This document shows, one piece after another, positions 61,090 through 64,000 of a DNA stretch of 64,000 bases. Made by a program: the position numbers and the translations under genes. The DNA is taken from the NCBI GenBank assembly GCA_046350795.1, contig JAXLZT010000001.1:2411-66410 (forward strand), given 5' to 3'. Each line of letters begins with the position of its first letter. Positions within the stretch are counted from its first letter, which is position 1. Below the pieces are notes generated by a model, which had not been told where the DNA came from, ran no database searches, and saw nothing but the letters and a program-made list of their open reading frames with translations. This stretch comes from Minisyncoccota bacterium. GTDB lineage: Bacteria > Patescibacteriota > Minisyncoccia > Phycocordibacterales > CALRHW01.

Positions 61090-61587
61090 CTAATTACAAG
61101 TAACGTCACCCGAAGCTAAATTTGTTGTTATTTCTTTTGATACGCCAGTACTATCTATACACCAAAAATTTCCGTTGCTTGGCAGGGTCACAGTCATGGC
61201 ATATGCATCACCAGTAGATCTGCATGTAATGGTAGATCCCGCTGGATAAAGAGTGTGGCTGGTAAGCTGAAACATCCCCGAAGGCACATCTTCAAAAAAT
61301 ATCACGTCTGGTCCAGCTTCGGCAGCAAAAACTGATTTAAATATTCGCCATCCAACTTCTGGACCTATAGTCCGACACAAATCTGTATCATCGCCATAAT
61401 TTTCATGCTCTGAGTAATAAAGAGCTGCGGCTTTTTTTACACTATCCAACTGAGATTTTACTGCACTGTCCCGTGCTTTTATACGAGCAGTTTGCAATGA
61501 AGCAAGCACCACAGATGAGAGTAGGCCAATAATAGCGATAACGACTAGCAATTCGATAAGTGTAAATCCTTTTTTTACAGATTTCAT
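61090..61587 (-). CDS. pilA: Type IV major pilin (PilA-like)
   Basis: MKSVKKGFTLIELLVVIAIIGLLSSVVLASL; start set at MKSVKK. Confidence 0.8.
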   Translation of the reverse strand: MKSVKKGFTLIELLVVIAIIGLLSSVVLASLQTARIKARDSAVKSQLDSVKKAAALYYSEHENYGDDTDLCRTIGPEVGWRIFKSVFAAEAGPDVIFFEDVPSGMFQLTSHTLYPAGSTITCRSTGDAYAMTVTLPSNGNFWCIDSTGVSKEITTNLASGDVTCN

Positions 61588-61632
61588 TACAAATAATTCT
61601 AACACACAAATCTTCACATTAATCCACACAAC

Positions 61633-61660
61633 AAAAAACCGCCTTTGGGCGGTTTTTTGT
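61633..61660 (-). terminator. Intrinsic terminator (AAAAAACCGCC-tttg-GGCGGTTTTTT)
   Basis: Hairpin with flanking A/T tracts downstream of the second pilin gene. Confidence 0.65.
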
Positions 61661-61681
61661 TTCTATAAAATCAAGAAATGA

Positions 61682-62215
61682 TTAACATTTAACTGAACCG
61701 TTTGCAGGACCAGGAGCCTTTGGTGTAATTTCGCCAGCAAAACCACTACTGTCTATACACATAGCTTTAGCAGTGTTTGACAACACAACCTGAATGAAGT
61801 ATTCATCAGCATCAGCTGTACATGTAACAGCGCCTGCTGTAGATGGAGCTGTACCACCGCCACCGACAGTACCAAGAGTGTAATTATCACCACCCCCACC
61901 ACCACCAGTCAAAGCAGTACCAACCAAAGATCTTGAAACAGAATCCAATGATGTAAGAACAGCGGAAGCATTTGTTCCTGCTACCGGCGGATTAGCATCT
62001 GTAGGACAAGTGTTTGCGTATGAACCAGTATTTGAATCATAAGCCAATTCAGCTCCAGCTCTAGCCTGGTTTAGACCAGCCTTAGCAGCCGCATCCTTTC
62101 CTTTTGATCGAGCAGTATTCAAAGAAGCCAAAACAACTGATGACAAGATACCAATGATAGCGATAACAACTAGCAATTCGATAAGTGTGAAACCTTTTTT
62201 AGTATTTTTAAACAT
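61682..62215 (-). CDS. pilA: Type IV major pilin (PilA-like), Gly-rich variant
   Basis: MFKNTKKGFTLIELLVVIAIIGILSSVVLASL; C-terminal Cys pair. Confidence 0.8.
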   Translation of the reverse strand: MFKNTKKGFTLIELLVVIAIIGILSSVVLASLNTARSKGKDAAAKAGLNQARAGAELAYDSNTGSYANTCPTDANPPVAGTNASAVLTSLDSVSRSLVGTALTGGGGGGDNYTLGTVGGGGTAPSTAGAVTCTADADEYFIQVVLSNTAKAMCIDSSGFAGEITPKAPGPANGSVKC

Positions 62216-62392
62216 ATTAAACTTTTTATTAATAATTTTTATAACTTTATAATGTAAATTATTTTCTGCTTCCCTCCGCGGGAAGGGTATAAATCGACCG
62301 CTTTGTCCCTCGTCGGGAAACGTTTCTTAAAAACGTATGTATGTATTATATCTCAAATAAACAAGTGCAACAAAGACCGTGTGGATAACCGC

Positions 62393-63595
62393 CTAAAATG
62401 AAGAAGCAATGTTGTAAATAGGCATCAAAACAGATGCGAGGAGAGTTCCTACACCAAGACCAAGACCCACCACCATTACTGGCTCAATCAAATCAACAAG
62501 CGTGTCCACAGCAGCGACCACTTCTCGCTGATAAAATTTTGCAAGAGTTTTTAAAATATTTCCAAGCTCTCCAGTCTCCTCTCCCACTTTTATCATCTGT
62601 GTCATGATGCTTGGTATTTCTACAAACTGACTAAATGCTGTAGATAGCGAGCTACCACCCTTTACCGCCTCCAAGCTTCTATCCAAAATATCTTTATAAA
62701 TATCATTACCTACCACGGCAGAAGTAGTTTCGATCGCCTTTACCATTGATATACCACTGAGCACCATGGTGTTCATGTTGTCTGCGATACGAGAGAGGTA
62801 GAGCTTGCGATACAAATCACCTAGATATGGCACGCTAAGCTGAAACTGATTGAAAGCTTGTTTACCCTGCTTTGTATCTATGTATTTTTTAAATAAAAAT
62901 CCGCCAATAATAAGTGCGATTACAAAATACAATCCGTAGTTTATAAAAAAGCCACTCAAACCAAGAACGATTTTTGTATATATAGGTAGCTCTTGACCAG
63001 ATTCTTCTAGTATTGGTGCTATTTTTGGAATGATCACCGTAAACATCAAAGCCATCACGCCCACGAAAGCGACCACAACAAAAGCCGGATAAATAAGTGC
63101 ATGCTTTGCTTTTGATGACACTTCATATGAACGATCCAGATAGTCAGCAAGGTATCCAAAAGTTTGGTCTAGCTTACCAGACTCTTCACCAGATCGGACC
63201 ATATTGATATAGAAATCAGAAAAAATATGTGGATGTTTTTCGAGTGCTTTTGAAATAGCGCTTCCCTCCTGAATATCATCTGCCACCTTACTTAGAGCAT
63301 CGCGAAGCTGAGTATTTTCTACTTGGGCTGCAAGAAGTTTGAAAATACGTAGCGCAGACACCTGTGCTTCAAAGAGTGTTGCCATCTGTCTAGAAACTAT
63401 GACAATATCCTTATTTGAAACACGATTCAAAAAGGGAATCTTTTTCAAAAAAGATCCGCTACGAACTGGTTTTATATACGAAATCACAAGTCCACGCCCT
63501 TGAAGCAAAGTAACAGCTGTGTCCAAACTAGATGCTTCTACAGATCCATCTTTTGTTTCACCTGTATTATCTATTGCTTTATAGTTGAAGAGCAT
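62393..63595 (-). CDS. pilC: Type IV pilus assembly platform protein PilC (GspF family)
   Basis: Two GspF repeats; 3 TM. Confidence 0.85.
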   Translation of the reverse strand: MLFNYKAIDNTGETKDGSVEASSLDTAVTLLQGRGLVISYIKPVRSGSFLKKIPFLNRVSNKDIVIVSRQMATLFEAQVSALRIFKLLAAQVENTQLRDALSKVADDIQEGSAISKALEKHPHIFSDFYINMVRSGEESGKLDQTFGYLADYLDRSYEVSSKAKHALIYPAFVVVAFVGVMALMFTVIIPKIAPILEESGQELPIYTKIVLGLSGFFINYGLYFVIALIIGGFLFKKYIDTKQGKQAFNQFQLSVPYLGDLYRKLYLSRIADNMNTMVLSGISMVKAIETTSAVVGNDIYKDILDRSLEAVKGGSSLSTAFSQFVEIPSIMTQMIKVGEETGELGNILKTLAKFYQREVVAAVDTLVDLIEPVMVVGLGLGVGTLLASVLMPIYNIASSF

Positions 63596-63609
63596 ATTTT
63601 TTTAAAAGA

Positions 63610-64000
63610 TTAAAGAAGTTTCTCAAGAACTTTTGGATTACTAGAAAACTTATAAGCATTTTCTACTGTTATCTCTCCAGCACGCACAAGCTCCACCAAA
63701 GAACGATTGAGGTCTATCATTCCTTCACCTGAGCTTGTTTCTATAATTGTATTTATCTCATGTGTTCTTTTGTCACGAATTACGTTTGCCACAGCGGTGT
63801 TGTTGATGAGAAGCTCATATGCTGGTATGAGTCCACCGGAAATACGCGGTATAAGTCTTTGTGAAAATATTCCAACCAAGCTTCCCGCCAACTGCAAACG
63901 AATCTGAGATTGTTGTTCTGGTGGAAATGAATCAATGATACGCTCCACTGTCTGAGATGCGCTATTGGTATGAAGTGTAGAAAAAACCATGTGACCTGTT
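63610..64000 (-). CDS. pilT: Type IV pilus ATPase (PilT/PilB family), C-terminal part; gene continues past window end
   Basis: His-box region MVFSTLHTNSASQTVERIID and C-terminal domain. Confidence 0.75.
   Translation of the reverse strand, partial: TGHMVFSTLHTNSASQTVERIIDSFPPEQQSQIRLQLAGSLVGIFSQRLIPRISGGLIPAYELLINNTAVANVIRDKRTHEINTIIETSSGEGMIDLNRSLVELVRAGEITVENAYKFSSNPKVLEKLL

Overview
This is a 64 kb AT-rich (~35% GC) bacterial chromosome segment with a streamlined gene set. It looks like a reduced Candidate Phyla Radiation/Patescibacteria-type genome: core genes lack Shine-Dalgarno (SD) sequences, transketolase is split, PheT/PheS/RF1/RF2 are short, and there is a type IV pilus cluster. 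The standard genetic code is in use (RF1 and RF2 both present, TGA used as stop). I call about 70 CDS. These include gyrB (partial), pheST, tsf-rpsB, prfA, rpmE, rplY, fba, a pfkB kinase, a pentose-phosphate cluster (rpiB-rpe-tktN-tktC), gap, nrdAB, msrB, tag, htpX-lemA, secG, an oligopeptide substrate-binding protein, RNase J, an MFS transporter, purA, mscL, pyrG, ftsEX, prfB, gatCA and ligA. A pilus locus follows: four minor pilins, pilD, two major pilins, pilC and a partial pilT. I find six tRNAs: Thr-TGT, Ser-GGA, Gln-CTG, Thr-GGT, Met-CAT and Asp-GTC. Many GC-rich hairpin intrinsic terminators and two consensus sigma70 promoters are visible. The AT-rich backbone is punctuated by at least eight short high-GC (55-60%) islands. 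Their genes carry strong SD sequences: a FliA-like sigma factor plus a ParB-like CTPase/HTH protein, a membrane fatty-acid desaturase, a Cys-rich secreted protein, and several small or basic proteins. This pattern suggests repeated horizontal acquisition from a high-GC donor. Two defence-like loci stand out. The first is a two-gene module whose second gene is a DUF4238 protein, sitting beside tRNA-Gln. The second is a membrane-anchored HEPN (DUF4145-like, RNxxAH) protein beside the tRNA-Met/Asp cluster, a degenerate tRNA(CAU)-like element, and a 42-bp tandem triplication of the tRNA-Thr(GGT) 5' end and leader. Other oddities are a consensus promoter driving a GC-rich ~250-nt transcript with a 33-codon ORF, and a 28-bp imperfect inverted repeat flanking a GC-rich 70-nt core between rpmE and prfA.
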